From positions 5,280,001 to 5,344,000 of the forward strand of contig OZ244042.1 in the NCBI GenBank assembly GCA_965215015.1: a stretch of DNA of 64,000 nt. The letters run 5' to 3'. The DNA comes from Candidatus Poribacteria bacterium (GTDB taxonomy: Bacteria; Poribacteria; WGA-4E; PCPOR2b). Both the position numbers and the translations under genes were made by a program. A model generated the notes under the pieces. It ran no database searches and was not told where the DNA came from. It worked only from the letters and a program-made list of their open reading frames with translations. How positions within the stretch are numbered: position 1 is the stretch's first letter; each line of letters begins with the position of its first letter. This document shows positions 18,051 to 28,623 of the stretch, in pieces.

Positions 18051-19067
18051 TTACTGTTCGGCTGCGACTTCATCCTGTCCAATAGCGCAGCGGAATCCTG
18101 CTACATAAGAGATATGATCTTCTGTACCTCTATCGCGCGAAGGCGTTCGGGCACCGATGGGTCCGAGGCTGTCATAATGATACCAAGAGCCGCCGCGCAG
18201 GACGCGGAATTTTTGCCCAAATTCTGTGGTTGTGAAGGTATTCCCCGGATACGCATCATACCAGCTATCTGTCCATTCCCATACATTTCCCGCCATATCG
18301 AAAACACCATAAGGACTAATACCTTGCGGATAGCTTCCCACAGGCTTTGGACCCGAACCCTCCCAGGATTCCACGTTGCATTTCGTTATATCGAACTCGT
18401 TGCCCCAGGGCCAGATTCTGGCGTCAGTCCCTCTGGCAGCTTTTTCCCACTCAATCTCTGTCGGGAGCCGCTTACCCACCCATCGACAATACGCGTTGGC
18501 ATCCTTCCAACTGACGTACACAACAGGAAAATGATCTTCTCCTTCAGGATGTTTTCGATTTTCCCAATGTCTGGGCGCGGCATGTCCGGTGGCATCGATA
18601 AATTTTTGGTAGTCGGCATTGGTCACCTCAAACTTGTCGATATAAAAGGGTTCTACATAAACCTCCTGCTGCGGTTTTTCAGACAAGAACCACTTGGGGT
18701 GTTCTACCAGTTCGCCTCCCCCCAGTTGGCGGATGACGAGTTGCTCTTCTTCATCACTGGTTCCCATGATAAATTTACCCGCGGGGATTAAAATCATATC
18801 CGACAGGCTAATTTTTTTGAGTTGGAAGGACCGGGCGAGTTTTCCGCCTTCGTGCTTCAGTTTTGCTGTCCCGGCATGATAGCCCCGCTTGCTAACAAGC
18901 ACTTGGTACATTGCTTCTGAGGTCGCTTCCGCCTGGTAGGGTGTAGTACCGACTTCCTCACCGTTTATAAAAACCGTCGCCCCAGACGGTGTTGAAGTGA
19001 TTTCAATCTTTTCACAACCTACGGTCGCAAGGAGGGCGATGCACAGAAAAATAGTAAAGAAACGCAT
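18051..19067 (-). CDS. Lipoprotein with PEGA domain and FGE-sulfatase (SUMF1) domain
   Basis: TVGC lipobox; ITSTPSGATVFING...GTTP (PEGA); RLPTEIEWEKAARG, DMAGNVWEW, RGGSW and GFRC. Confidence 0.92.
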   Translation of the reverse strand: MRFFTIFLCIALLATVGCEKIEITSTPSGATVFINGEEVGTTPYQAEATSEAMYQVLVSKRGYHAGTAKLKHEGGKLARSFQLKKISLSDMILIPAGKFIMGTSDEEEQLVIRQLGGGELVEHPKWFLSEKPQQEVYVEPFYIDKFEVTNADYQKFIDATGHAAPRHWENRKHPEGEDHFPVVYVSWKDANAYCRWVGKRLPTEIEWEKAARGTDARIWPWGNEFDITKCNVESWEGSGPKPVGSYPQGISPYGVFDMAGNVWEWTDSWYDAYPGNTFTTTEFGQKFRVLRGGSWYHYDSLGPIGARTPSRDRGTEDHISYVAGFRCAIGQDEVAAEQ

Positions 19068-19259
19068 GGGTATTGGTTATCTCCTTGAGGGTGGAGGGTT
19101 TATAATCGTTCCGCCACATAATTCTTTCGCACTATCCCTACTGCTACGATTGAAGTGGGAAGGGGTTTGGGCGAGAAAATTGAGAGTGGAGTTTTGGGGT
19201 GTAAGCCGCCACCCAGAAAAACGGATGGGGGCGGACGGACTTACAACCCGAATTGTGGT

Positions 19260-21164
19260 TTAGTATTTCAGGATAGAACCCCATTCCCCAACCGCCCAGA
19301 GGGTGCCATCTGCAGATTGGGTGATGTCGCTCAGAGTATTACGGGTGGGGCTCTGTTGGGCAAGCCATGTAACACCTCCGTCAGCGGTGTGCAGGATAGT
19401 TCCTTTTTCACCGACTGCCCATCCCTCGTTAGCATTGAGGAAGCATATTCCCTGCAAAGTGTCGTCGGTTGGTGTAACCTGTTGATTCCAGGTCGCCCCA
19501 CCATCGGTGGTTACATAAATCGCGCCGCCGGATCCAACGGTCCAAGCGGTTTGAGCGTCTATGGCGTAAATCGATCGTAGCTCATCGGGTCCGGCGATTA
19601 TAGCGGTCCACGTTTGTCCGGCGTCCTCGGTTTTTATAACGGTCCCGCTCGCCCCGACTGCCCAACCGATATTGGCGTCAACAAAGTAGACACCATACAG
19701 GTTGTTGAAAGCAACCATCATGTCTCCAGAGTCCTGACCATTCCATGTCTGCCCGCCATCATTCGTATGTGCGATTTTCCCGACTTCACCGACTCCCCAA
19801 CCGTGTTGCGGCGTTGAGAAGTGGAGGTCATAGTAGCCAAGGGCACTCTTCCAACTAGTTGCCGGATCGGAAAAGACGATTCGTTGTGCCGTGCCGTGTC
19901 CTTCGTCTGATGGGTCGCTGACGCTGTGCCATTCCAATCCACTGTCTAGTGCCTCAAGTAGGGTTGCATTGCTGCCAACGATGTAACCTCTCTTTGGATC
20001 AACGAAATGGATGCCGAACAGTTCAAACACATTTCCGCTGTATTGGGGTTGCCATGTGTGCCCGCCGTCGTTGGTGTGTAGGACGGTTCCCGATAAGCCG
20101 ACTGCCCATCCCAATTTATCATCAAAGAAATGGACTTTGGTTAAATGGTTACTCATTGAGATATTTTCCCACGAGGCACCACCATCGGCACTATGCAGGA
20201 CCGTCGCATAGTCGCCGACTGCCCAGACCTCTTGAGTGGTGACAAATTGAAGGGCGTAAAGTCGATTCGGCGCAGGTCTGGGTTCAAGCGGTGCCCACGT
20301 TTTGCCGCCATCGGCGGTTTTCAGAATAACGCCAAACTCTGCTGCGGCCAGTCCGTTGTTGGCGTCAATGAAATGGATACCCCAGATCGGTTCAGGCATA
20401 CCGTTGGAGTGAGGCACATTGCTCTCTTGGGTTTCCCAAGTCTCGCCGGCGTCGGTTGTATGGATTAATGCACCGTTACCGCCGACCGCCCACGCCCAAC
20501 CCATCTGATCGTTGAGTATACAGAGCCCATCAAGGCTGGCAGCGACACCCCCCTGTTGGGCTATCCAGTTTTGTCCGCCATCCGTGGTATGAATCACGGT
20601 GCCGGCGTCGCCGACCGCCCACCCCATTTGAGGGCTAGCGAATTGAACGCTCCGGATGGCGTTATTGGTTCCGGTTTCCTGCCGGGTCCATGTGGTGCCG
20701 CCGTCTGCGCTATGAATGAGAAGCCCTCCATCGCCGCCTGCCCAACCGTGTCGGTCATCAACGAAAAAGATGGTTGACAGCGCGGCACGGGTCCCGGTGG
20801 AAAGCTTCATCCACGTTGCCCCCCCATCGACCGTTTTTAACACGGTGCCCTCTTCGCCTGCAATCCAGCCGATTTGTGGGTTGATAAACCGGACTTTGTG
20901 AAATTCGTTTTTGAATGGAAGGGGTTGACTCGGTTGGGGAGTCCAAGTATTGCCACCATCCTTGGTATGTAGAATTGTGGACTGCGCGCCGACAATCCAA
21001 CCGTGCTGCTCATCTACGAAGAAAATATCTATCAACGCCGCCTGCCACTTTGATTCGCGCACAGCGGTCCATGCGCGGTCTGACGAGAAGGTGTTTGCCA
21101 CAGAGATGAGTAACAACCCTATAGCCATCAGCGTCGTGATATGCCATCGCTTGTTCATTTTCAT
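19260..21164 (-). CDS. Secreted YCF48-like BNR/Asp-box repeat beta-propeller protein
   Basis: Signal peptide followed by more than a dozen F.D...GWAVG..GT.L.T.DGG.TW repeats. Confidence 0.9.
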   Translation of the reverse strand: MKMNKRWHITTLMAIGLLLISVANTFSSDRAWTAVRESKWQAALIDIFFVDEQHGWIVGAQSTILHTKDGGNTWTPQPSQPLPFKNEFHKVRFINPQIGWIAGEEGTVLKTVDGGATWMKLSTGTRAALSTIFFVDDRHGWAGGDGGLLIHSADGGTTWTRQETGTNNAIRSVQFASPQMGWAVGDAGTVIHTTDGGQNWIAQQGGVAASLDGLCILNDQMGWAWAVGGNGALIHTTDAGETWETQESNVPHSNGMPEPIWGIHFIDANNGLAAAEFGVILKTADGGKTWAPLEPRPAPNRLYALQFVTTQEVWAVGDYATVLHSADGGASWENISMSNHLTKVHFFDDKLGWAVGLSGTVLHTNDGGHTWQPQYSGNVFELFGIHFVDPKRGYIVGSNATLLEALDSGLEWHSVSDPSDEGHGTAQRIVFSDPATSWKSALGYYDLHFSTPQHGWGVGEVGKIAHTNDGGQTWNGQDSGDMMVAFNNLYGVYFVDANIGWAVGASGTVIKTEDAGQTWTAIIAGPDELRSIYAIDAQTAWTVGSGGAIYVTTDGGATWNQQVTPTDDTLQGICFLNANEGWAVGEKGTILHTADGGVTWLAQQSPTRNTLSDITQSADGTLWAVGEWGSILKY

Positions 21165-21227
21165 TGTTGGTTCCTCCTCCTATAAATTTGTTGTCTGTTA
21201 TGCGTTGTCTGTTATGGAAACAGATAT

Positions 21228-21256
21228 ATTATACAACGATGGGTTGATACCGTCAA
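21228..21256 (-). promoter_or_regulatory. Sigma70 promoter for the YCF48-like gene
   Basis: Minus strand reads TTGACG-17 bp-TATAAT; GGAGGAGG RBS downstream. Confidence 0.75.
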
Positions 21257-21292
21257 GCAGTTCTTTGATGTTTAGGAGTTTCTAATCTGTTC

Positions 21293-21321
21293 TTGACAGT
21301 TGGTTAGACTGATGATATGAT
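21293..21321 (+). promoter_or_regulatory. Sigma70 promoter pointing into the repeat array
   Basis: TTGACA-17 bp-TATGAT with extended -10 TG. Confidence 0.65.
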
Positions 21322-21357
21322 AACGCAAATGGGTTGATTGGGACATGGGTTCAGAAG

Positions 21358-22760
21358 TCCCCTAACCCCCCTAGCCCCCCCGCAAGCAGGGGGGAATTTG
21401 TAGGCCGGGGGGCAGACGTGCAATGAATTGCACTACTACAAACTCACGCCCCGTCTATACCCCTGCAAGCAGGGGGGAATTTGCATGGGGGGAGAGGAAG
21501 AGCTCCCACCAAGCCGGGGGGCAGACGTGCAATGAATTGCACTACTACAAACTCACGTCCGGTCTATACCCCCACAAGGAGGGAGGGGTCATTCTACAGA
21601 TTGTTAGGTGAAACTTAACAAGCCACGCGCAATGAATTGCACGACTTCTAACTGAATTGCATAACTTCTAATAAATAGCAAACAAGACCTAATGCTCTCT
21701 GACCAGGGCAACTCTTAGGTTTGTAGTAGGGCGATTCATCGCCCGTCCAAACGCCGGGGGACAGACGTGCAATGAATTGCACTACTACAAACTCACGCCC
21801 CCCCTAACCCCCCCGCAAGCAGGGGGGAATTTGCATGGGGGGAGAGGAAGAGCTCCCACCAAGCTGGGAGGGGACATGCCACGCGCAATGAATGGCGCGA
21901 CTACGAACTGAATTGTATAACTTATAATTGATAACAAAACAAGACCTAATGCACTCTGACCAGGGCAACTCTTAGGTTTGTAGTAGGGCGATTCATCGCC
22001 CGTCCAAACGCGCAATGGGCGCGGTACTACGAACTGAATTAAGGGCGTTTCCAAGCCGGGGGAGCAGACGTGCAATGAATTGCACTACTACAAGCCCACC
22101 CCCCCCTAACCCCCCCGCAAGCAGGGGGGAATTTGCATGGGGGGAGAGGAAGAGCTCCCACCAAGCTGGGAGGGGACATGCCACGCGCAATGAATGGCGC
22201 GACTACGAACTGAATTGTATAACTTATAATTGATAACAAAACAAGACCTAATGCCCGCTGACGAGGAAACCTCTTAGGTTTGTAGTAGGGCGATTCATCG
22301 CCCGTCCAAACGCGCCATGGGCGCGGTACTATGAACTGAATTAAGGGCGTTTCCAAGCCGGGGGGTAGACGTGCAATGAATTGCACTACTACAAGCCCAC
22401 CCCCCCCCCTAACCCCCCCGCAAGCGGGGGGGAATTTGCATGGGGGGAGAGGAAGAGCTCCCACCAAGCTGGGAGGGGACATGCCACGCGCAATGAATGG
22501 CGCGACTACGAACTGAATTGTATAACTTATAATTGATAACAAAACAAGACCTAATGCACTCTGACGAGGAAACCTCTTAGGTTTGTAGTAGGGCGATTCA
22601 TCGCCCGTCCAAACGCGCCATGGGCGCGGTACTATGAACTGAATTAAGGGCGTTTCCAAGCCGGGGGACAGACGTGCAATGAATTGCACTACTACAAACT
22701 CACCCCCCCTAACCCCCCCGCAAGCAGGGGGGAATTTGCAAGGGGGGAATTTGTTGGTGG
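21358..22760. repeat. BIME-like REP array: three ~302-bp units plus degenerate 5' units
   Basis: GACGTGCAATGAATTGCACTACTAC at 21415, 21524, 21764, 22067, 22368 and 22671; units contain GTAGTAGGGCGATTCATCGCCC and the CCCCCC-GCAAGC-GGGGGG hairpin. Confidence 0.95.
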
Positions 22761-22872
22761 GGGGGCGTTTACCCTCACTTTCACTCGGAATGGCTCTCTT
22801 TGTGGATAGGGTGATTCTACTCCTAAAGGGACAGCGAAGAATCCCAAGCCTTTAGGTTTGGGAGTATGTCGA
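22755..22872 (+). mobile_element. Degenerate IS200/IS605 right-end remnant
   Basis: CTACTCCTAAAGGG...AAGAATCCCAAGCCTTTAGGTTTGGGAGTATGTCGA is homologous to 14786-14841. Confidence 0.7.
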
Positions 22873-22977
22873 AAACTTGGGGCATTGTTAATAATCATTA
22901 CTGTTTTTGTGTGCGAAATCCTGCCTTGACCGGCAGAAAGCCACAGGAACTATCAATCTTTCGCAAGGAGATTGGAT

Positions 22978-25900
22978 ATGCCAGAAACATCACAATTTTA
23001 CCTAGGTTTGGAGGTGGGAAGTGGGGAAATAGGAACCGGACTCCAAGGGATCCTAAATCACATCCGCGAGACTGCTACTTCCGAATACCTCATCGGTAAT
23101 GAATTTGAACGACTCATGAAACAGTATTTCTGTGTAGACCCGCTTTACAAAGAGCGGTTTACCGATGTCTATCTGTGGAAAGAGTGGGCTGCGCTCCGTA
23201 CAGAATACGACGGTGGCGATATCGGAATTGACCTCGTTGCACGAGAGAGCAACGGCGAGTACTGTGCGATTCAGTGCAAATGTTTTGCGGAGAATACACG
23301 GGTTACGAAGCCACAGATTGATTCGTTTATCTCCGCTTCAGCGGCCGAGGTGTTCACAAAGCGAATTCTTGTCCATACGGGGGCTGAGTTAGGCCCAAAC
23401 GTACGCAAAACCATCGAGCCGCTGGGGCCCGATTTCCAAGTGATTGGCTATGGCCATCTTGCCAGTCGACCGATCGACTGGCCCGATCTGCGCCATGAAG
23501 CACCGGAAAAACTGGACTATCGGGTAGAGCGGTTCGATCTGAGAGATCATCAACAGGAAGCGTTTAATGATGTTATCAACGGGTTCAAAGGTGCCGATCG
23601 GGGCAAACTCATCATGGCCTGCGGGACCGGCAAGACCTTTACCGCCCTGAAAATCGCTGAGAGGATGGCGGGTATAGGCGGTAGAGTGCTCTATCTCGTT
23701 CCATCCATTGGTTTATTTTCGCAGGCGATGCGAGAATGGGCAGAGCAGCAGGGGGTACAGCATCGTTATATAGGAATCTGTTCCGATACAAGTGCCGGTA
23801 AAAAGAGTGAGGATGTGCCCATTCAAGAATTGGAGATACCGGTCACCACAAATCCGTCCAAGATTGCTGGAGCACTGCAGAAGACAGATGCGGACGCGAT
23901 GACAGTGGTATTCTGCACCTATCATTCGCTCCCCATCGTCGAGAGTGCACAGGAACAAGGCGCGCCGGCGTTTGACCTGGTTCTTTGTGACGAGGCACAT
24001 AGAACCACCGGCATTGAGGATATTGAAAACACAACCTCTCCATTCGTGCTTGTACACAATGCTGAGCGCATTCGTGCAAAAAAGCGGCTCTACATGACCG
24101 CGACGCCACGGCTTTACACCGAAGGCGCGAAAGCAAAAGCCGCCCGCCATGACATCGAGGTGTTCTCAATGGACGACCCCGACACCTATGGCCTCGAGTT
24201 TCACCGTCTCCCCTTCTCCAGAGCCGTTGAGCAAGATCTACTCTCCGACTACAAGGTGGCAATCTTTACCATGTATGAGCCGGATGCGGCCGCGACGCTA
24301 GAAAAATATATCGGGACGGACGGGAGCGAGATTAATATTACCGATGCGACCAAGTTTGTCGGCTGCTGGCGGGCACTCCAAGACCCGGAGGGCAGGTCCG
24401 GTGACGACGCAACGAACCAGTCCCTGACACGCGCGATCGCATTCAACAACACCATCCGCAATTCAAAGCGTCTAGCCGAGCATTGGAACGGGGTGATTGA
24501 GAGTGCCATCGAACAGATGCCGGAGGACCTGCGCCCCCTCAATTTTGAATGCGAAACGCAGCATGTTGATGGGCAGCACAACGCGTTCGATCGGAAAACT
24601 CGAATCGAATGGCTGAAAGGCAGCACCGGTGCTTGTCGCATCCTCTCAAATGCGCGCTGTCTCTCCGAGGGCATTGATGTGCCCGCACTCGACGCAGTAA
24701 TCTTTATGACCCCTAAGAACTCGCATATTGACATTGTGCAAGCGGTGGGGCGTGTCATGCGGAAAGCACCGGGCAAGGAATACGGCTACATCATACTGCC
24801 GGTTGCAATTCCCCCCGGCACAGATCCCGCCGCTGCCCTCGACAACAATGAACGCTTCGCCGTTGTGTGGAATGTCCTACGCGCCTTGCGGTCCCACGAC
24901 GACAGACTCAACGCCGAAATCAACAAAATTGACCTCAGCACGGCACCCACCGATCGGATTCTCTTCCCTAACGGGGGCGGCGATGGAGACGGGGACGAGG
25001 AGGCCCTACAACAGTTAATTTCATTCGGCCTGGCAGAAATTCCGCCCCAAGATATTTACGCTAAAATTGTGGAGCGATGTGGCGACCGGAAATACTGGGA
25101 GAGCTGGGCGAAGGATGTCGCAGATATTTTTCAGCGAGTCGTCGTCCGAATCAAAAACCTACTGGACAATCCGGACAACGATGTGCTGCACGAATGGTTC
25201 AATAACTTCCATAAGGAGTTAAGAGAAACGATAAATGCCTCGATTACTCGGGACGCTGCGATTGAGATGATGGCGCAGCATCTCCTGACCCGTCCTGTCT
25301 TTGAGGCACTGTTCGAGAATTACAACTTTGCATCTGGCAACCCTGTGGCAATTGCGCTGGACAGTCTACGGAACGATTTTGGAGAATTTGGGTTTGAGGA
25401 CGAAACGCGGGATTTAGAGGGATTTTACGAAAGCGTCCGGCTGCGCGCCCGCGGCATTGACAACAGCGAAGGGCGGCAACGCGTCCTATTGGAGCTCTAC
25501 GAGAAGTTTTTCGCCACTGCCTTGAAAAAGGAAGCTGAACGGCTCGGCATCGTCTACACACCTGTTGAGGTTGTGGACTTCATCTTACACAGTGCCGCTG
25601 AAGTGTTGCGGCAGGAGTTCGGCAGAAGTCTGAGCGATGAGGGTGTTCATGTGCTCGATCCGTTCACCGGTACTGGCGTTTTTCTCGCCCGTTTGCTTCA
25701 ATCTGACCTTATCCAAGCGTCCGATCTTGAACGGAAATATCGTGAGGAGCTACATGCCAATGAGCTTGTCTTGCTGGCCTACTATATCGCGGCGGTTAAT
25801 ATAGAAGAAGCGTTCCGTGGACGACGTGGAGAAGATAGCGGCTACGAGCCGTTCAAGGGCATCGTCTTAACCGATACATTCAACCTGAACAGAGAGGGGG

Positions 25901-27786
25901 ACCCAACCCTCTTCCCGAAAGAGTGGCTGCCGGACAACAACGCCCGCGCCGAACGTCAACAGAAACTCCCTATCCAAATCATCGTTGGGAACCCACCTTG
26001 GTCAGCAGGGCAGAAGAGTTCAGCGGACGACAACCCCAACGTAGACTATCCTGCACTTGAAAAACGCATTGCAGAAACCTACGCCGCCCGGTCCATAACT
26101 ACGAATAAAAACAGTCTCTATGACACATACAAGATGGCAATCCGCTGGGCATCGGACAGAGTTCAGGAACAGGGAATCATCGCCTTTGTTACCAACGGTT
26201 CGTGGATTGATGGAAACGTTGATACAGGTATTCGGGCATGTTTTGCCGAGGAGTTTAGTTCAATCTATGTCCTGAACTTGCGCGGAAATCAACGTACTCA
26301 GGGAGAACGTTCACGTTGTGAGGGAGGCAAAGTATTTGGTTCAGGCTCAAGGGCACCCGTTGCTATCACAATACTGGTCAAAAATCCGAACGCTGCACAC
26401 AACGGTTGTCTCATCCGCTATTGTGATATCGGTAGCTATCTTAGCCGCGAGCAGAAGCTGGAAGCACTTCACGACGCACAGTCAATCTCGGGGTTCAGCG
26501 ATTGGCAAAAGATCACGCCCGATAAGCATTACGATTGGATTGGACAGCGCAGCGAAGCGTTTGCTCGGTTCTATCCGATGGGATCGAAGGAGACTAAGGC
26601 GGGTAAGGCGGACAATGCAATATTCAGGTTGTATTCGCAGGGATTGAAGACAGGCAGAGACTCATATCTCTACAATTTCTCTCGTGATGCCTGTGCCGAG
26701 AATGCGCTGCGAATGACGCAGGATTACCTTGCTGCGTTCTCCGATAGGGAACAGAACCCTAAACTCACGGAAGAGGCGGCTGCGCGACGTCACTCATCAA
26801 ATCTTAAGTGGGATCGGGAGCTCAAGAACAATCTGAAGCGAAAGAAAAAGCCCCAATTTGAGGATGGCTACATTCGGAAGGTTGTGTATCGACCCTTCGT
26901 TGCCACGAATTGTTACGCGGACTACACCTTCGTACAGATGAAGTACCAGATGGATCGAATTTTCCCAGACAGTGCGATCGAAAATCGCGCGATATGTGTT
27001 CCCGGCATCGGCTCGAAAAAGGCATTTTCCGCGCTTATAACCGATACAGTGCCGGATCTTGGTTTTAATAATGCCTCACAGTGCTTCCCGCGGTACCGAT
27101 ATCGGAAGCCGACGGATGCGACGGATACGGCAAAAGTGCAGGACGAGTTTCCGGGGATTCAACCGAAGCCGGATTGCATTGACAACATCTCAGATCTGGC
27201 GTTCCGCTCCTTCCGTGAGCATTATCGCGATGATACAATCACAAAAGATGCAATATTTGATTATGTTTACGGGATTCTACATTCTCCGAGTTATCGAGAA
27301 GAATTCGCAAACGATTTGTCGAAGGAGATACCTCGTATCCCATTCGCCCCCGATTTCCACGCCTTCGCAGAAGCTGGGAAAACACTTGCAGCACTCCACC
27401 TCGGTTATGAGACGTGCGAACAGTACCCGCTCTCCCTCGTGTTTGCTCATAACGGGGAGCCGCAACCGCATCATTTTCGGTTGACTGAGAAGGCGATGTG
27501 TTTCGCTACGCCTGCAAAAACGACGCTCATTATCAACGAGCACCTACGCTTATCGGGTATCCCGCAGGCGGCGCATCAGTACGTCGTCAACGGCAGAACG
27601 CCGCTGGAGTGGTTCATTGACCGCTACAAGATAAAACGGGACAGGGACAGCGGTATTCGCAACGATCCGAACGGTTGGTTTGCAGACCCCCGTGATCTGG
27701 TCACAGCCATCGAACGCATCGTTTATGTCAGTGTGGAATCAACTCGGGTTATTGAAGAGTTGCCTTCTCTTTTGTCTGAATCATGA
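22978..27786 (+). CDS. Type ISP restriction-modification enzyme (LlaGI/LlaBIII-like: Mrr nuclease, SF2 helicase, N6-adenine MTase, TRD)
   Basis: DIGIDLVA...QCK; MACGTGKT, DEAH, TATP and QAVGRVMR; DPFTGTG and GNPPW; C-terminal DLSKEIPRIP and YVVNGRTPLEW; AAGGAG RBS. Confidence 0.95.
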   Translation: MPETSQFYLGLEVGSGEIGTGLQGILNHIRETATSEYLIGNEFERLMKQYFCVDPLYKERFTDVYLWKEWAALRTEYDGGDIGIDLVARESNGEYCAIQCKCFAENTRVTKPQIDSFISASAAEVFTKRILVHTGAELGPNVRKTIEPLGPDFQVIGYGHLASRPIDWPDLRHEAPEKLDYRVERFDLRDHQQEAFNDVINGFKGADRGKLIMACGTGKTFTALKIAERMAGIGGRVLYLVPSIGLFSQAMREWAEQQGVQHRYIGICSDTSAGKKSEDVPIQELEIPVTTNPSKIAGALQKTDADAMTVVFCTYHSLPIVESAQEQGAPAFDLVLCDEAHRTTGIEDIENTTSPFVLVHNAERIRAKKRLYMTATPRLYTEGAKAKAARHDIEVFSMDDPDTYGLEFHRLPFSRAVEQDLLSDYKVAIFTMYEPDAAATLEKYIGTDGSEINITDATKFVGCWRALQDPEGRSGDDATNQSLTRAIAFNNTIRNSKRLAEHWNGVIESAIEQMPEDLRPLNFECETQHVDGQHNAFDRKTRIEWLKGSTGACRILSNARCLSEGIDVPALDAVIFMTPKNSHIDIVQAVGRVMRKAPGKEYGYIILPVAIPPGTDPAAALDNNERFAVVWNVLRALRSHDDRLNAEINKIDLSTAPTDRILFPNGGGDGDGDEEALQQLISFGLAEIPPQDIYAKIVERCGDRKYWESWAKDVADIFQRVVVRIKNLLDNPDNDVLHEWFNNFHKELRETINASITRDAAIEMMAQHLLTRPVFEALFENYNFASGNPVAIALDSLRNDFGEFGFEDETRDLEGFYESVRLRARGIDNSEGRQRVLLELYEKFFATALKKEAERLGIVYTPVEVVDFILHSAAEVLRQEFGRSLSDEGVHVLDPFTGTGVFLARLLQSDLIQASDLERKYREELHANELVLLAYYIAAVNIEEAFRGRRGEDSGYEPFKGIVLTDTFNLNREGDPTLFPKEWLPDNNARAERQQKLPIQIIVGNPPWSAGQKSSADDNPNVDYPALEKRIAETYAARSITTNKNSLYDTYKMAIRWASDRVQEQGIIAFVTNGSWIDGNVDTGIRACFAEEFSSIYVLNLRGNQRTQGERSRCEGGKVFGSGSRAPVAITILVKNPNAAHNGCLIRYCDIGSYLSREQKLEALHDAQSISGFSDWQKITPDKHYDWIGQRSEAFARFYPMGSKETKAGKADNAIFRLYSQGLKTGRDSYLYNFSRDACAENALRMTQDYLAAFSDREQNPKLTEEAAARRHSSNLKWDRELKNNLKRKKKPQFEDGYIRKVVYRPFVATNCYADYTFVQMKYQMDRIFPDSAIENRAICVPGIGSKKAFSALITDTVPDLGFNNASQCFPRYRYRKPTDATDTAKVQDEFPGIQPKPDCIDNISDLAFRSFREHYRDDTITKDAIFDYVYGILHSPSYREEFANDLSKEIPRIPFAPDFHAFAEAGKTLAALHLGYETCEQYPLSLVFAHNGEPQPHHFRLTEKAMCFATPAKTTLIINEHLRLSGIPQAAHQYVVNGRTPLEWFIDRYKIKRDRDSGIRNDPNGWFADPRDLVTAIERIVYVSVESTRVIEELPSLLSES

Positions 27787-27795
27787 TTTTCAGGA

Positions 27796-28593
27796 TTGAA
27801 GGATTTTCAGGAACGGTTGTGGGGTTCGGGAGGGGATTGGAAGGGGGTTCAAAGCTTGGTCAGTGAGGATAATAAATTGTTGCTAGAGCTATACAAAGAG
27901 GTGGGACTTGCGGTTCGCCAGTTTACTTCGGAGGTCTATGCAACCAACCGCCTGATGCTACCCCCTCTTGTTATTGGCTTATTGGTGTTATATGGCGATG
28001 TTACGAAGTTTTTGGGGGTGGAATTTCAAAACGCCGAGGCTGTACATTGCTTAGTCTGGTTTGGTTGTGTGATAATATCTCTGATATGGATATGCAACGT
28101 GAGTCGTCTCGCACAAGTCATCCACTGGCATTTTGAAACAATGAGACAGTGTGAGTGCGAATTGGGGTTAATAGGACACAGGAAGATAGCCCAACTGGAT
28201 GAGAAATTAGGTGTTTCAAAAATCCTAAGACACAATGTGCTCCGATTCATCGGTTTTTGGATATATTTCTCTCTCCTTTTAAATGTCCTGCCAACATCTA
28301 TCTTTTTCTATGAAACCTTAATTCCGTGGTTTTCGATTGTAGCTAGCGGGGTATTATCACCTGGACAAATTCTTTTAGCGGGAGGAACGAACATTATTTC
28401 GATTGGAGTTAGCGCGGTATTATCATTCGGGATTTGGTGCCTGTATTTTTTTATATTATCAAGTGAAACTTCCAGCAAAACGAGATGTATTGCTTCTATG
28501 GTACTCCTGATTCTTTCTTCTATCGTACTCTTGCCTCTTTTTTATTTTGTTATGGTGTGTTTTCTCGTATATCTATGGACACAGTCCTGCTAA
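27796..28593 (+). CDS. Hypothetical multi-pass membrane protein (AT-rich, start uncertain)
   Basis: Five or six hydrophobic segments; directly downstream of the Type ISP gene. Confidence 0.7.
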   Translation: MKDFQERLWGSGGDWKGVQSLVSEDNKLLLELYKEVGLAVRQFTSEVYATNRLMLPPLVIGLLVLYGDVTKFLGVEFQNAEAVHCLVWFGCVIISLIWICNVSRLAQVIHWHFETMRQCECELGLIGHRKIAQLDEKLGVSKILRHNVLRFIGFWIYFSLLLNVLPTSIFFYETLIPWFSIVASGVLSPGQILLAGGTNIISIGVSAVLSFGIWCLYFFILSSETSSKTRCIASMVLLILSSIVLLPLFYFVMVCFLVYLWTQSC

Positions 28594-28623
28594 TGCCCAT
28601 CTTATGCAAGGATTAAGATATGC

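Noticed and set aside
17997-18791. 264-aa plus-strand ORF
   Set aside because: Antisense to the well-supported FGE-sulfatase gene.
19260-21164. Photosystem II assembly function for the YCF48-like protein
   Set aside because: No photosynthesis genes in the window; this repeat fold is widespread in non-phototrophs.
21423-22898. ORFs within repeat clusters (e.g. 22039-22689, also 28774-29204, 34812-35642, 43093-43575, 58823-59552)
   Set aside because: They are translations of palindromic repeats with no RBS or domain signal.
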